Notes under the pieces: model-generated
What the model saw: the letters and a program-made list of their open reading frames with translations, nothing else
Database searches by the model: none
Told to the model about the DNA's origin: nothing
Origin: a virus
Lineage: Duplodnaviria > Heunggongvirae > Uroviricota > Caudoviricetes
IMG/VR virus record: IMGVR_UViG_2778261638_000005
Location: 6,684-70,683 of that record
Length of the DNA stretch: 64,000 bases
Reading direction: 5' to 3' (one strand)
Translations under genes and position numbers: made by a program
Part shown: positions 50,517 to 59,149 of the stretch, in pieces
Position numbering within the stretch: position 1 is the first letter of the stretch
How the letters are laid out: each line of letters starts with the position of its first letter

Positions 50517-50936
50517 TCAGTACAGCAGAGGCTCGCGCAGTGATGCCGGAATATGCCGCAGCGATAACTGAACCGCTTTCAGGGCAAGCGAGGAATAACA
50601 GCAGCGCGCCCAGCCTTTTGCCATTAACCGGTAATCGCGCCAGATACGCTGCCACATTTCACGGGCTTCAGGGTCTGATGCGCAGATGTATTCCCGGTCC
50701 ATGACGTACTCCCATAAATCCACGTTGAACGCACCGCCAAATGCAATGGCGCGGGATATGCTTTCGCCGCAATAACGCGCACAGATGCTGTAATGGTCGA
50801 AAGCAATCAGGTAAGTCTTTTCACCACAATCATCAACTTTTCGGGCGCAAATAAACTCGCGTAATTCACCACCGTTGTTATTGCGTTCCTGAATTCGGAT
50901 TAATGCCTGAATTTCATTTCGGATTTTGACGTTCAT
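50517..50936 (-). CDS. hypothetical early protein
   Basis: 139 aa, Cys-containing. Confidence 0.4.
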   Translation of the reverse strand: MNVKIRNEIQALIRIQERNNNGGELREFICARKVDDCGEKTYLIAFDHYSICARYCGESISRAIAFGGAFNVDLWEYVMDREYICASDPEAREMWQRIWRDYRLMAKGWARCCYSSLALKAVQLSLRHIPASLREPLLY

Positions 50937-50956
50937 TGTCAGCGTTCCTTTGCGAA

Positions 50957-51226
50957 TTAATGTTTAACCACATTCACCGGACGTGGTACTAAATCACATT
51001 CAGCTTCCATACCCACTTTCTTCATAGTGGTCAGCATCTCATCTTTGGCCTTTTTAATAATTTCAGGAGCCATAGTCAGGACTATATTTGCCAGTAAATC
51101 ATGAGGCCCGGTATTTTCCGTTGGCGAGATATCTGCAAGACATGCTTTTGCATCCAGAACTTCTCTGCGCCCATTGCAACTGTCACTACTTTCCAGCCAT
51201 GTAAACTCAAAGATAACCTTTGCCAT
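50957..51226 (-). CDS. hypothetical early protein
   Basis: 89 aa ORF. Confidence 0.4.
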   Translation of the reverse strand: MAKVIFEFTWLESSDSCNGRREVLDAKACLADISPTENTGPHDLLANIVLTMAPEIIKKAKDEMLTTMKKVGMEAECDLVPRPVNVVKH

Positions 51227-51246
51227 TTTTCTTCTCCTTATTGATT

Positions 51247-51492
51247 CTAAATAACTGCGCTGGCTTTTACCTTCGCGCCTTTTACCTGCTTAAAGAAAAC
51301 TGCGCTGCACCACGGACAACATGTCAGGGAATCCCGAATTTCCTTTTCGGGTGAGCATTGCGTCATAATCTGTTCACCGCATCCTGGGCATTTATATGTC
51401 GTCAGCGGCACCCCGTGGCACTGACAGTGTTTAACCCATTCAATATATTTTTCAGCTTTAATACACATCGTTATCTCCAGATAATCTGGCAA
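51247..51492 (-). CDS. small zinc-ribbon protein
   Basis: 81 aa, CQCH...CPGCG...CCPWC. Confidence 0.4.
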   Translation of the reverse strand: MPDYLEITMCIKAEKYIEWVKHCQCHGVPLTTYKCPGCGEQIMTQCSPEKEIRDSLTCCPWCSAVFFKQVKGAKVKASAVI

Positions 51493-51698
51493 CCATTAAG
51501 ACGGGCCGTCCATACAGAACGGGCCACCCCGGACTTATGCTCCATAATTCTGACCGCGTTTTTTACCAGTTCCACCGGTGGGTAAGTGATTTCAAGAATC
51601 GGACGCGCCACGCCGAGATATGATTCATTTACATGACTCCCGCGCGCCTGTAACCAGTTCTGCGCATCCGTTGCCATTTTTATATTTCGTGACATCAT
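51471..51698 (-). CDS. small early protein at the Mu kil position
   Basis: 75 aa, first gene downstream of B. Confidence 0.4.
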   Translation of the reverse strand: MMSRNIKMATDAQNWLQARGSHVNESYLGVARPILEITYPPVELVKNAVRIMEHKSGVARSVWTARLNGCQIIWR

Positions 51699-51709
51699 TA
51701 TTTATCCCC

Positions 51710-52642
51710 TTACCACCAGTTCAGTAATTTCGGGTTGCTGTAAACCTCTTTAAAAGCTGCTTTAATGTAGCCTTTGGATAGAGGAACGCCTTTCCCGCTG
51801 GCAGCCAGCCACGCCTGATTCAGCGTATGAGTTAATACACGTAATGCACCTGGTTTTTCCGCGATGCTCTGCATGAGTGATAATTCATCTTCGCCCTCAA
51901 TGCCCCAGGCTTTCGCAATTGCCACCACGTCAGCCTTTTTGGCTTTACGTAGTTGCTTTGTTCTGGCGAAACGACTGAACAAACGTGCAAGGTCATCTGT
52001 TCCCCGGTGTGTGGCTTTGGCTAACTGGTGTGGGTTGCCAATCAATACCATCCCGACGCCGGTTGCATCCTGAATGGCGCGTAACTGCTCCAGCCCGTCC
52101 ATGCTCAGGTGGTCAGCTTCATCCACAATAACCAGACCGCGTGTGCCATTCAGTTTTTTGCGAATGGCGCGGGTCAATGCGCCTTTATTCCTTTGCGGAT
52201 TATCAATTCCCAGCGCGTCTGCCAGCTCCAGCAGACACTCAGTCACTGTTGAGTGTGCAGGGGAAAGGGTCACCATCCAGGTATTAGATACACGGTTACT
52301 GTATTCACGGGCCGCAACGGTTTTACCAACACCCGGCACACCAACCAGAACGCTGATACAGCCCATAACACGCACGGTCTGAAACAGCTCGCGCAAATCA
52401 CGGAGGGTTTGTGTTTCCACAAGTTGTGGTGCGCCAGGTAACTCCAGACTTTTTTGCCAGCTCTGATGCCACATCAGTAATTTGTCATGCATCCCTTCGG
52501 TATCACCTTTGTAACGGCCTTTGCGAAGTTCAGAAAGAGTGGCCTCCGACACCCCCGCTTCTTTAGCAATAGCGCTTTGTGTTTTTACGCCGTCAGTAAT
52601 AAGTGTGTTAATCGTGTTGAAAACATCATTAATATCGGTCAT
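51710..52642 (-). CDS. B: transposition ATPase B (target DNA activator)
   Basis: 310 aa; Walker A GVPGVGKT, Walker B LVIVDEADHL; N-terminal HTH; downstream of transposase. Confidence 0.9.
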   Translation of the reverse strand: MTDINDVFNTINTLITDGVKTQSAIAKEAGVSEATLSELRKGRYKGDTEGMHDKLLMWHQSWQKSLELPGAPQLVETQTLRDLRELFQTVRVMGCISVLVGVPGVGKTVAAREYSNRVSNTWMVTLSPAHSTVTECLLELADALGIDNPQRNKGALTRAIRKKLNGTRGLVIVDEADHLSMDGLEQLRAIQDATGVGMVLIGNPHQLAKATHRGTDDLARLFSRFARTKQLRKAKKADVVAIAKAWGIEGEDELSLMQSIAEKPGALRVLTHTLNQAWLAASGKGVPLSKGYIKAAFKEVYSNPKLLNWW

Positions 52643-52715
52643 ATTATTCTCCGTTTATTCAAATCAGCTTTGTTTCCTTCGTTTAACAGTCCGTTCCCGC
52701 GGACTGTTTTTTTAT

Positions 52716-54803
52716 TCAGGCCAGCGGATCATCCTGTTCCTGTATGGCTACAAGCTTCTGCAAACCCAGCCTGAAATCGCGTTCATAATCTTCGTCGTAA
52801 TCCTCCTCATAATCCTGTTGCTGGATGGTTACCGTATTGCCAACCGGGCGATAAACATTATCCAGCCAGGGTTCAGCCTGTTTGTGCTCCAGTATCTGAA
52901 TGCCTTCATCCTCAGCATCACGAATTTTTTCCTCAGCACGTTTGCGCATTCCTTTAATACGCTGCTGTTGTTTGTGATATTCAGCACTGACAGCAAAGGC
53001 TGCGCGTTTATTGCCGTTCCATATCGCCTCACAGATAAAGCTGCCGTCCTTGCGACGTACCGTAATTCGCTCGGCGTCATGAATGTCATAACTGATAAGT
53101 ACTTTGCGACCGTGTTCGTCACGCAACTCCGGCGCGTAGTAAATATTGTTCAGCCACTGAATTTCGCACCGTCTTACCGGGCGTTCCACCATCGGGCGGA
53201 ACATGTCGCGCAGCTCAAGATCACTCAGCCACTCAATTTCGGTGCCTTCTTCTGCCAGGCGTTTTTTTCTGAACTCTGCCGGGCTGTAATGCCGCCCGTT
53301 CGGTTTCATTGGCAGCTCAGAATGCGGGCGGTTGTTGTACCATTCCACGCCTTCACGAATAGCCTCAATAAGCTCCGCCCACGATGGTAGCTCGCGCATT
53401 GCAGCTTTCTGGCGGTCGTTCAGAGGCTTGTCCTGTTGCATGGCGTTAAACGCTGAACGCAGATCACGGTTAAGTACACGCAACGATTCCCGGTCAGCAC
53501 CCTTGCCAAAATAGGTGCGATACCTCCTGGCTATACGCATCGGCAGTGTCCGGTTCAGGCGTTCAATAATGCCGCGCCCCTGTGGATTACCGGCAATACC
53601 GGTAGGGTGTTTAATCCCCAGGCGGGGCAGAATACCCACGATCTCTTTGTCCAGTATGTCAGCCGTTTCACCAGAACCATTATCCGAGTAATACAGAAAC
53701 GGTTTTCCGTGGTTGCGAATGCCGTGCTGTATCGCACCGGCAACGGCGAACACGTTCTCGGCAAGGTCAAGACTCCAGCCAACAACAAACCGGGTTCCAC
53801 CGTCGATCACAAATGTAACTTCCGGTGAGAATGGACGCCCGTGGATCGGATGTGCACATTTCAGCTTCATACCGTGACCGTCACCAATCCAGACATAATT
53901 CACCGGCATAGCTGTCCAGTCGCGGCGGGTGAATCCTTCAAGCTGACGGTATTCACTGCCGGTAACGCGCCCTTTTTGTTTCACCACTTCCGGCAGTTTT
54001 TTCATGGCATACCGGACAACATCATAGGAAGGCATCACCTCCAGCATGTATGGTTCGTCCGCATGGCGACGCTGCCAATCAGCGACAAAATCCTCATAGG
54101 CTTCAGACATAGGCCTGCCGTTAGCCTGACGATACTGCGCCAGAAATTCAGGCAGCCAGCTAATTTCTTCCGGTTTTATTTCGTCGCGCTTTCCTGGTGC
54201 CAGTAACAGCAGTCGTTCTGCGGCATTCTGTGCTTTGTTAAACGCAGCTATCCAACGTTTGAGCGTAATTGCGCTCAGAGTTCGCTCTTTTCCTTTACGG
54301 GCATTAGCAGTAATGACCAAAGATTCCAGGCGTTCTTCCAGGTTACCCTGCGCTAACCGCGACACAATAAAACGTATAGCGCTGGCACAACTGAATCCCG
54401 GCTCCTGGCTAATTCGTAGAACTTCACAGACAAGAGCAATGCGCGCTTCTGCAACTTTACGTTGATTTTCCGTAAGCGCATTCAGACGCTCTTCTACCAA
54501 TTGTGGCGAACCGCGATATGCCTCAACAGGCTGTACAACATTTTGTTTGCGTTCACGCTTTACAGGAGGCTGGGTAGTTATCTCCCGCGGGGCGCTTGCC
54601 ATCAGTTGAGCTACATGTCGCTCACGTAACGCCCGTTGTGTAACCGGAGGGAGGCAGTCGATGCTGTATTCAATGGTTTTTGAACCCGCACGTTTGCGCC
54701 TGAAATGCTCAGATGAGGCCAGTTTCCTTATGGAATACCGCACCCCTTGCGCAGTTCCCGGCATACCTGGTAACCCTACAAGCTCATTAACTGATACAAA
54801 CAT
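52716..54803 (-). CDS. A: DDE transposase A
   Basis: 695 aa; Mu-A-like catalytic core; N-terminal end-binding domain diverged from Mu A as recalled. Confidence 0.9.
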   Translation of the reverse strand: MFVSVNELVGLPGMPGTAQGVRYSIRKLASSEHFRRKRAGSKTIEYSIDCLPPVTQRALRERHVAQLMASAPREITTQPPVKRERKQNVVQPVEAYRGSPQLVEERLNALTENQRKVAEARIALVCEVLRISQEPGFSCASAIRFIVSRLAQGNLEERLESLVITANARKGKERTLSAITLKRWIAAFNKAQNAAERLLLLAPGKRDEIKPEEISWLPEFLAQYRQANGRPMSEAYEDFVADWQRRHADEPYMLEVMPSYDVVRYAMKKLPEVVKQKGRVTGSEYRQLEGFTRRDWTAMPVNYVWIGDGHGMKLKCAHPIHGRPFSPEVTFVIDGGTRFVVGWSLDLAENVFAVAGAIQHGIRNHGKPFLYYSDNGSGETADILDKEIVGILPRLGIKHPTGIAGNPQGRGIIERLNRTLPMRIARRYRTYFGKGADRESLRVLNRDLRSAFNAMQQDKPLNDRQKAAMRELPSWAELIEAIREGVEWYNNRPHSELPMKPNGRHYSPAEFRKKRLAEEGTEIEWLSDLELRDMFRPMVERPVRRCEIQWLNNIYYAPELRDEHGRKVLISYDIHDAERITVRRKDGSFICEAIWNGNKRAAFAVSAEYHKQQQRIKGMRKRAEEKIRDAEDEGIQILEHKQAEPWLDNVYRPVGNTVTIQQQDYEEDYDEDYERDFRLGLQKLVAIQEQDDPLA

Positions 54804-54805
54804 TT

Positions 54806-55042
54806 TTATGCCACCTTACGAGCGTAACGGCTGGGCCAGATCTCCTCCGGCGCAACACCAATAGCATCAGCAATAATGCGCTCATATTTTGGGCATTTGC
54901 GGTACAGGGCATTCTTTAAAGAATCCTGGTTTAAACCGGCTTCAATGGACAGAGAGCGTAAAGTAAAACCTTTTACATGCACCGCCGCGACAACATGCGC
55001 GGGGTGCCAGTCCTGTTTAACAACTTCATTTATAGACATCAT
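54806..55042 (-). CDS. ner: Ner-like DNA-binding regulator
   Basis: Probable start MMSINEV at 55042 with AAGGA RBS; C-terminal EEIWPSRY matches Ner family. Confidence 0.8.
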   Translation of the reverse strand: MMSINEVVKQDWHPAHVVAAVHVKGFTLRSLSIEAGLNQDSLKNALYRKCPKYERIIADAIGVAPEEIWPSRYARKVA

Positions 55043-55182
55043 TCGTTTATCCTTAAAAGTTATCTGCGCGGATAACACCGCCGGATAATCTCTACAGATA
55101 AATATTTGATCACTACAAAAGAAAAGTAAAGGTGTTTTATCTCTTTCTTTGGTTGTTTTTATCTACAAAAGGATATTTCTTT
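55043..55182. promoter_or_regulatory. divergent early promoter/operator region between ner and c
   Basis: 140-bp AT-rich intergenic region between divergent repressor and ner genes. Confidence 0.5.
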
Positions 55183-55767
55183 ATGAATCATATGGTTAAC
55201 AGAAAAGAAAGAAGCACTGAAAAAGAAAGTGATTTTTCTTTTCCTGTGTTTCAAAAAGAAAGCATTAAAGAGCGCCTAGCCATGCTAATGCGCGGGCGCT
55301 CCAAGACTGCCGTGGCGAAGGCGTGGGGGCTACCGTTCTCAACACTTAACAACTACTTTGAGAAAGATGCGACACCATCTCTACAAGTAGCTAGTCAGAT
55401 TGCTTTTGCAGAAGGGGTGAGCATTGATTGGCTTGTTTTTGGCAAGGAGGATATAGAACCAATATCACCTAAAATAGATGAAAACGTCCAATTGCCCCTA
55501 GATATAACGCTACAGCGCCTTCTTGCTATACTAAGTGCTTTAGAAGCATCAGAGGCAGAGCGATTATCAAAAATCCTCGCGCTAAATGGAGCTAAGTACT
55601 TGTCACGGTTACTTGAACCAGAGAATCAAGAACTAATCCAACTTGAAGGACGAAAACGTGCAGCAGCTCTACTTTTAGATCATTTATCGGATGAAAGAGT
55701 TAGAGAGATTTTGGCAGAAATTGAAAGCGATAAACTCTCAAGTAGTTTAGAATCGAAGGCGGGCTAA
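55183..55767 (+). CDS. Mu-type c repressor
   Basis: 194 aa from ATG 55183 (AAGGA RBS); divergent from ner, reads toward left end. Confidence 0.7.
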   Translation: MNHMVNRKERSTEKESDFSFPVFQKESIKERLAMLMRGRSKTAVAKAWGLPFSTLNNYFEKDATPSLQVASQIAFAEGVSIDWLVFGKEDIEPISPKIDENVQLPLDITLQRLLAILSALEASEAERLSKILALNGAKYLSRLLEPENQELIQLEGRKRAAALLLDHLSDERVREILAEIESDKLSSSLESKAG

Positions 55768-55794
55768 TTCCAATAGCCCGCGGCTGGTTTTTTA
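55760..55794 (+). terminator. terminator-like hairpin after repressor gene
   Basis: GCGGGCTA-N7-TAGCCCGC stem followed a few nt later by TTTTTT. Confidence 0.35.
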
Positions 55795-55829
55795 ACCTGT
55801 TTAAAACGTTAAAATCGCAGAAATCAGTA

Positions 55830-56000
55830 GTATCAAATATTTTTTCGTTTTTAGCTTTCTTTGCGACAGTAGTATCAAATCACATGTTGTGCGCATAACA
55901 CTGTTTTACGTCATAACTGTTTGTTTTATCCCATCAAATCCCGTTTGATCCACTTTCCTCCCGGATTTTTCAGCAGTATCAAATGATTTACCTCTCTATA
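55830..56000. repeat. left-end transposase-binding repeats (three GTATCAAA cores, attL-like)
   Basis: Cores at 55830-55837, 55872-55879, 55976-55983; spacing 42 and 104 bp mirrors Mu L3-L2-L1; adjacent sequence GAAAAATCCGGGAGG...GATGGGAT resembles the Mu left end. Confidence 0.6.
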
Positions 56001-56639
56001 GCACCCGAAACTTCGCCCTGGTGGATGGTAAACGTCTCTCCCTGTTTCCGGAGGCGTACTCATGGGTTCTGGCTTTGCCTGTATGCTGATCACCGGATCG
56101 GGTATCTGCTGTCCGGAAGCCACCTTTTTCGCCCAATCATCGAGCAGCCTGCGCGCGTGTTTCTCAACCTCAATCTCGCTAAGCTGGCGCTGATACATTG
56201 CACGGCGGGTATCACATACGACCCAGTACATAACCGGATGCCGCCACGGGAATCTTTCGGGACCACCAGGATATAAACTTTTTTCCTTGCTGTACCGGTG
56301 AAACTCCGTCATCACATCGTCAATGGTGACGCCAAGAACCATCTTGCTGTCTTTGCACCACTTGATGAATTGCCCTGGCGACGGCCAGAACGGAGAATCA
56401 CTGGCGCGGGCGTGGCGCATACCAGCAGAAACCTGTTCACGGGTTCGGATCCCCCCTTCAGCAAACGCAGCAATCCACTGCTGTTTTGCAGCAACTTCCT
56501 GCTCTGGCGTCTTCAGGTTGGTTACCACTGCCGCCGGAAACAGTTGTTTCAACTGTTTGAAAAGGGCATCAACAAGCCTCTCTGCTGACATGTTCACTAC
56601 GTTGTCATTGTTGGTGTACTGATGCTCATAACCTGACAT
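55926..56639 (-). CDS. lambda P-like replication protein, 3' end interrupted by Mu-like insertion
   Basis: FAEGGIRTREQVSAGMRHARASDSPFWPSPGQFIKWCKD matches lambda P core; the last 24 codons are encoded by the Mu-like left end. Confidence 0.75.
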   Translation of the reverse strand: MSGYEHQYTNNDNVVNMSAERLVDALFKQLKQLFPAAVVTNLKTPEQEVAAKQQWIAAFAEGGIRTREQVSAGMRHARASDSPFWPSPGQFIKWCKDSKMVLGVTIDDVMTEFHRYSKEKSLYPGGPERFPWRHPVMYWVVCDTRRAMYQRQLSEIEVEKHARRLLDDWAKKVASGQQIPDPVISIQAKPEPMSTPPETGRDVYHPPGRSFGCYREVNHLILLKNPGGKWIKRDLMG

Positions 56640-56689
56640 GCGAGAAAGGGCCTCTCCGTCACGGTTTTGTATTGCGGTAAAAACGTTGT

Positions 56690-57505
56690 TCACAAGAAAT
56701 CCTCCCATGCTTCAGGGCTGTTCCAGTGCGGAACGTTGTTATCAGGTAATGTTGATTGCTTCTGTCTGCTAATCTGCAGCCGCCTTGCCAGCTTCTGCTC
56801 CCACTGTGCCTGATGGTATGCCTTACCCTCAGCCATCCAGTAAATTCTGAACTCTGCAAGTTCCTGTGCCGTTGGCAGACTGTCCAGGTAGATCCCCTGC
56901 AATGAGCTTTTCCGAAGAAAGTCATCTGATGGCTGCCATTGTTCATGCATGACAAATTTGCCTAATTGCCCTGGCCCACCAGGAGGAACAAAGTTATTCA
57001 TCACGGCGTTGTTTGCGCCGGGGTCATGAGGCACAGAATTCCCGTTTTTTGTCCTGCTCTCCCTCTCTTGGTTAAATGACTGGTTATATGACTGGTTCTG
57101 GATCCCGTTTTTGGGATCATTCAACATCCCGTTTTTGGGATCATTCAACATCCCGTTTTTGGTTATATTACCGTTTTCGGGAACATTACCGTTTTCGGGT
57201 TCATTCCCCCCTTCCCGGTTGCCTTTAATGTTCCCGTTTTTGGTTATATTAAGAGAGAAAACCCGCACTCTTTTCGTCGCTCCCTTTCTCTCTTCGGTAT
57301 CTGAAATAAGCCCCATTTTCATGAGCGATATAAGCCCGGCCTGCACGGTTTTTTTATTCAGGCAAGTGTCTTTAACGAGGCGTTCTATGCTGGGGTAGCA
57401 GAGGTTATATTCATCGGCTCTGTCAGCCATCGAGAGCAGTATGAGCTTTAATGATGAGCTACCTGGATCTGTCTCCCAGGCCCAATCTGTTGCATGTCTG
57501 CTCAT
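56690..57505 (-). CDS. lambda O-like replication initiator
   Basis: 271 aa; repetitive Asn/Gly-rich central region encoded by DNA iterons; precedes P. Confidence 0.75.
   Translation of the reverse strand: MSRHATDWAWETDPGSSSLKLILLSMADRADEYNLCYPSIERLVKDTCLNKKTVQAGLISLMKMGLISDTEERKGATKRVRVFSLNITKNGNIKGNREGGNEPENGNVPENGNITKNGMLNDPKNGMLNDPKNGIQNQSYNQSFNQERESRTKNGNSVPHDPGANNAVMNNFVPPGGPGQLGKFVMHEQWQPSDDFLRKSSLQGIYLDSLPTAQELAEFRIYWMAEGKAYHQAQWEQKLARRLQISRQKQSTLPDNNVPHWNSPEAWEDFL
57120..57270. repeat. replication origin iterons inside the O-like gene
   Basis: Tandem repeats such as ATCCCGTTTTTGGGATCATTCAAC (x2), CCCGTTTTTGGTTATATT, ACCGTTTTCGGG (x2). Confidence 0.7.
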
Positions 57506-57520
57506 GATTAATCTCCGCTA

Positions 57521-57784
57521 TCAGCTTGAATGTTGTGGGGAGGAATTAATCATGATCTGCTTAATTTCTGCCCTGATGCGACGGTTTGATTCCATGGTGC
57601 ACTCAACACAGTGTCCGTTGTAAACCCAGCGTTCACTGTCATGTCCGTGCTTACATGGTTTTCCGGTGTAGTAGCGTTTAAGTCCGCGCTTTGCGGCATC
57701 AATACGTGTAATGATTTCCATGGTAAGCCCTGTTATTAGTATTGGGATTACGGTTATTTTGTGCTGACACAAAAAAAAGATCAA
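57521..57784 (-). CDS. small Cys/His-containing regulator (cII-position gene)
   Basis: Probable start MEIITRIDAAKRG; CKHGH...GHCVEC. Confidence 0.35.
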   Translation of the reverse strand: MIFFLCQHKITVIPILITGLTMEIITRIDAAKRGLKRYYTGKPCKHGHDSERWVYNGHCVECTMESNRRIRAEIKQIMINSSPQHSS

Positions 57785-57871
57785 CCAGATTTGGTTTTTT
57801 ATTACCTTTAAGGTGCGAATAGATATGAAAAGACCGCCGGATGGCGGTCTACAGAGGTTTGTGGCTGGATA

Positions 57872-58102
57872 TCATGAGTAGAAGAAGTATGCCAGTTCTG
57901 CTTTTGAGCGCAGCCATTGTCTTGTTTTACAGGCTTTAAAAAGCCCATTCATCAATACTTTACCTGGCATTTTGCGCTTACCTGTTAAGTGAGTCTGGAT
58001 ATAGTGACTCGTCGTTCCGGCTTCCTGTGCGAAGGCTTCACGCTCATCCGGAGTAAGTGCAAGCCAGTGCTTTTTGAAATCGAAATGTCCGTTATCGCTC
58101 AT
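57872..58102 (-). CDS. Cro/YdaS-like HTH regulator
   Basis: 76 aa, divergent from repressor gene, HTH-like TPDEREAFAQEAGTTSHYIQ. Confidence 0.5.
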   Translation of the reverse strand: MSDNGHFDFKKHWLALTPDEREAFAQEAGTTSHYIQTHLTGKRKMPGKVLMNGLFKACKTRQWLRSKAELAYFFYS

Positions 58103-58256
58103 AGCTATTGCCTGATATTTATTTCAGATAATAAATATTCACCCATAAGGTAACAAAAATCAAGGATAGTTACCTATGGGGTGCATTTACCTGTTGGGTA
58201 ATATTGCTTTAAATTGAATCATCTACTGATTCATATATGAGGCGATTTTCCAGAAA
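58103..58256. promoter_or_regulatory. immunity-region divergent promoter/operator
   Basis: Between divergent repressor and cro-like genes; TTACC-tgttg-GGTAA at 58187-58201 and GGTAAC...GTTACC inverted repeat at 58149-58174. Confidence 0.55.
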
Positions 58257-58841
58257 ATGAAAAATATCCAGGACGTCCGCAGGCAAAATCTCAACGACTT
58301 GATCGACCGTGAATTCAATGGTGTTCAGACGCGGATGGCAGAAAAACTTGGAACTCAGGCAAATCTGGTAAACCGCTGGGCTCTTGGCAAGAAGGTTATC
58401 GGCGACCAGGTTGCGCGAAAAATTGAAGCTGCCGCCAATAAACCACGTAACTGGCTTGATATCGATCGCTCGCTTTCTCAGGAGGGTTTTCAGCCTGTTG
58501 GACCAAGCGACATTGGTCAGCTGGCGGCTCACAACCTGGAACGCTGGATGAGTGAAAGCCGCGACCTTTCAACTCAGGGAAAACTTCACCGCGCATCCGG
58601 CGTCGCCCAGGTGACAATCAGCCGCCTGTTAAACAATGAGGTCAGCGTTTCCATTTCCACTCTGGAGAATGTTGCATCTGCATTCGGGCGTCACGGATAT
58701 GAACTACTGATTCACCCGCACGACCCTGCAACTATCAACTATGACCGCTCGCGCTACGCATTGTTACCTGAAACCGAGAAAGCAAAGATCGAAAGTTACA
58801 TTGAATTTGTCATCAACCAGAACGAAAAAAACAAACAATAA
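58257..58841 (+). CDS. putative prophage repressor (two HTH-like segments, no peptidase domain)
   Basis: 194 aa; position and orientation of cI relative to cro-like and O/P. Confidence 0.5.
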   Translation: MKNIQDVRRQNLNDLIDREFNGVQTRMAEKLGTQANLVNRWALGKKVIGDQVARKIEAAANKPRNWLDIDRSLSQEGFQPVGPSDIGQLAAHNLERWMSESRDLSTQGKLHRASGVAQVTISRLLNNEVSVSISTLENVASAFGRHGYELLIHPHDPATINYDRSRYALLPETEKAKIESYIEFVINQNEKNKQ

Positions 58842-58863
58842 AATCATATTTTTCAGTAAGTAA

Positions 58864-58886
58864 GCCGCCATTTGGCGGCTTTTTTA
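58864..58886 (+). terminator. rho-independent terminator after repressor gene
   Basis: GCCGCC-attt-GGCGGC followed by TTTTTTT. Confidence 0.6.
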
Positions 58887-58896
58887 TTGTCTATCT

Positions 58897-58915
58897 AATT
58901 ACCTTGCAGGTAATT
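58897..58915. promoter_or_regulatory. operator palindrome AATTACC-N5-GGTAATT at leftward-type promoter
   Basis: Perfect palindrome with core 58899-58913, followed by TTGACA at 58934. Confidence 0.5.
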
Positions 58916-58994
58916 TTTTTAACTCATATCTATTGACATCAAACCAAATACGCATAATTATTACCTCAACGGTAACAAGCCGAGGTGACAAGTT

Positions 58995-59147
58995 ATGCAG
59001 TGGAAAATTATCAACGGTTGGTACTGTGTTACTGCATGCGGATTCATGAGCTGGAAGTTCCGCACCTTACAGGAAGGCATTAAGTGGGCTTTCGTCAGCA
59101 AAGAAGCTCGCGATGTGGCCAACGATAACGAGATATGGGAGGGCTGA
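58995..59147 (+). CDS. small protein, first gene of the early-left-type operon (not in ORF track)
   Basis: 50 aa from ATG 58995 with GAGG RBS; stop 2 nt before next gene start. Confidence 0.3.
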   Translation: MQWKIINGWYCVTACGFMSWKFRTLQEGIKWAFVSKEARDVANDNEIWEG

Positions 59148-59149
59148 TA

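Larger units (their letters stand above)
19087..56003 (-). mobile_element. Mu-like transposable prophage (Mu gene order c-ner-A-B ... S-U-gin-com-mom on the minus strand)
   Basis: Complete Mu-type gene order and sizes; inverted terminal repeats sharing AAATCATTTGATAC; three TTTGATAC cores at each end; exact termini uncertain by a few bp (19087-19092 and 56000-56003). Confidence 0.85.

Noticed and set aside
52521-53390. 289-aa plus-strand ORF
   Set aside because: Lies entirely antisense within the transposase A gene and has low-complexity hydrophobic composition; shadow ORF.
19087-56003. Canonical Mu termini 5'-TG...CA-3' with a 5-bp target duplication
   Set aside because: TG at 19087 and CA at 56003 exist, but the flanking 5-mers (AGGCA and CCCGA) do not match; kept only as an alternative boundary model.
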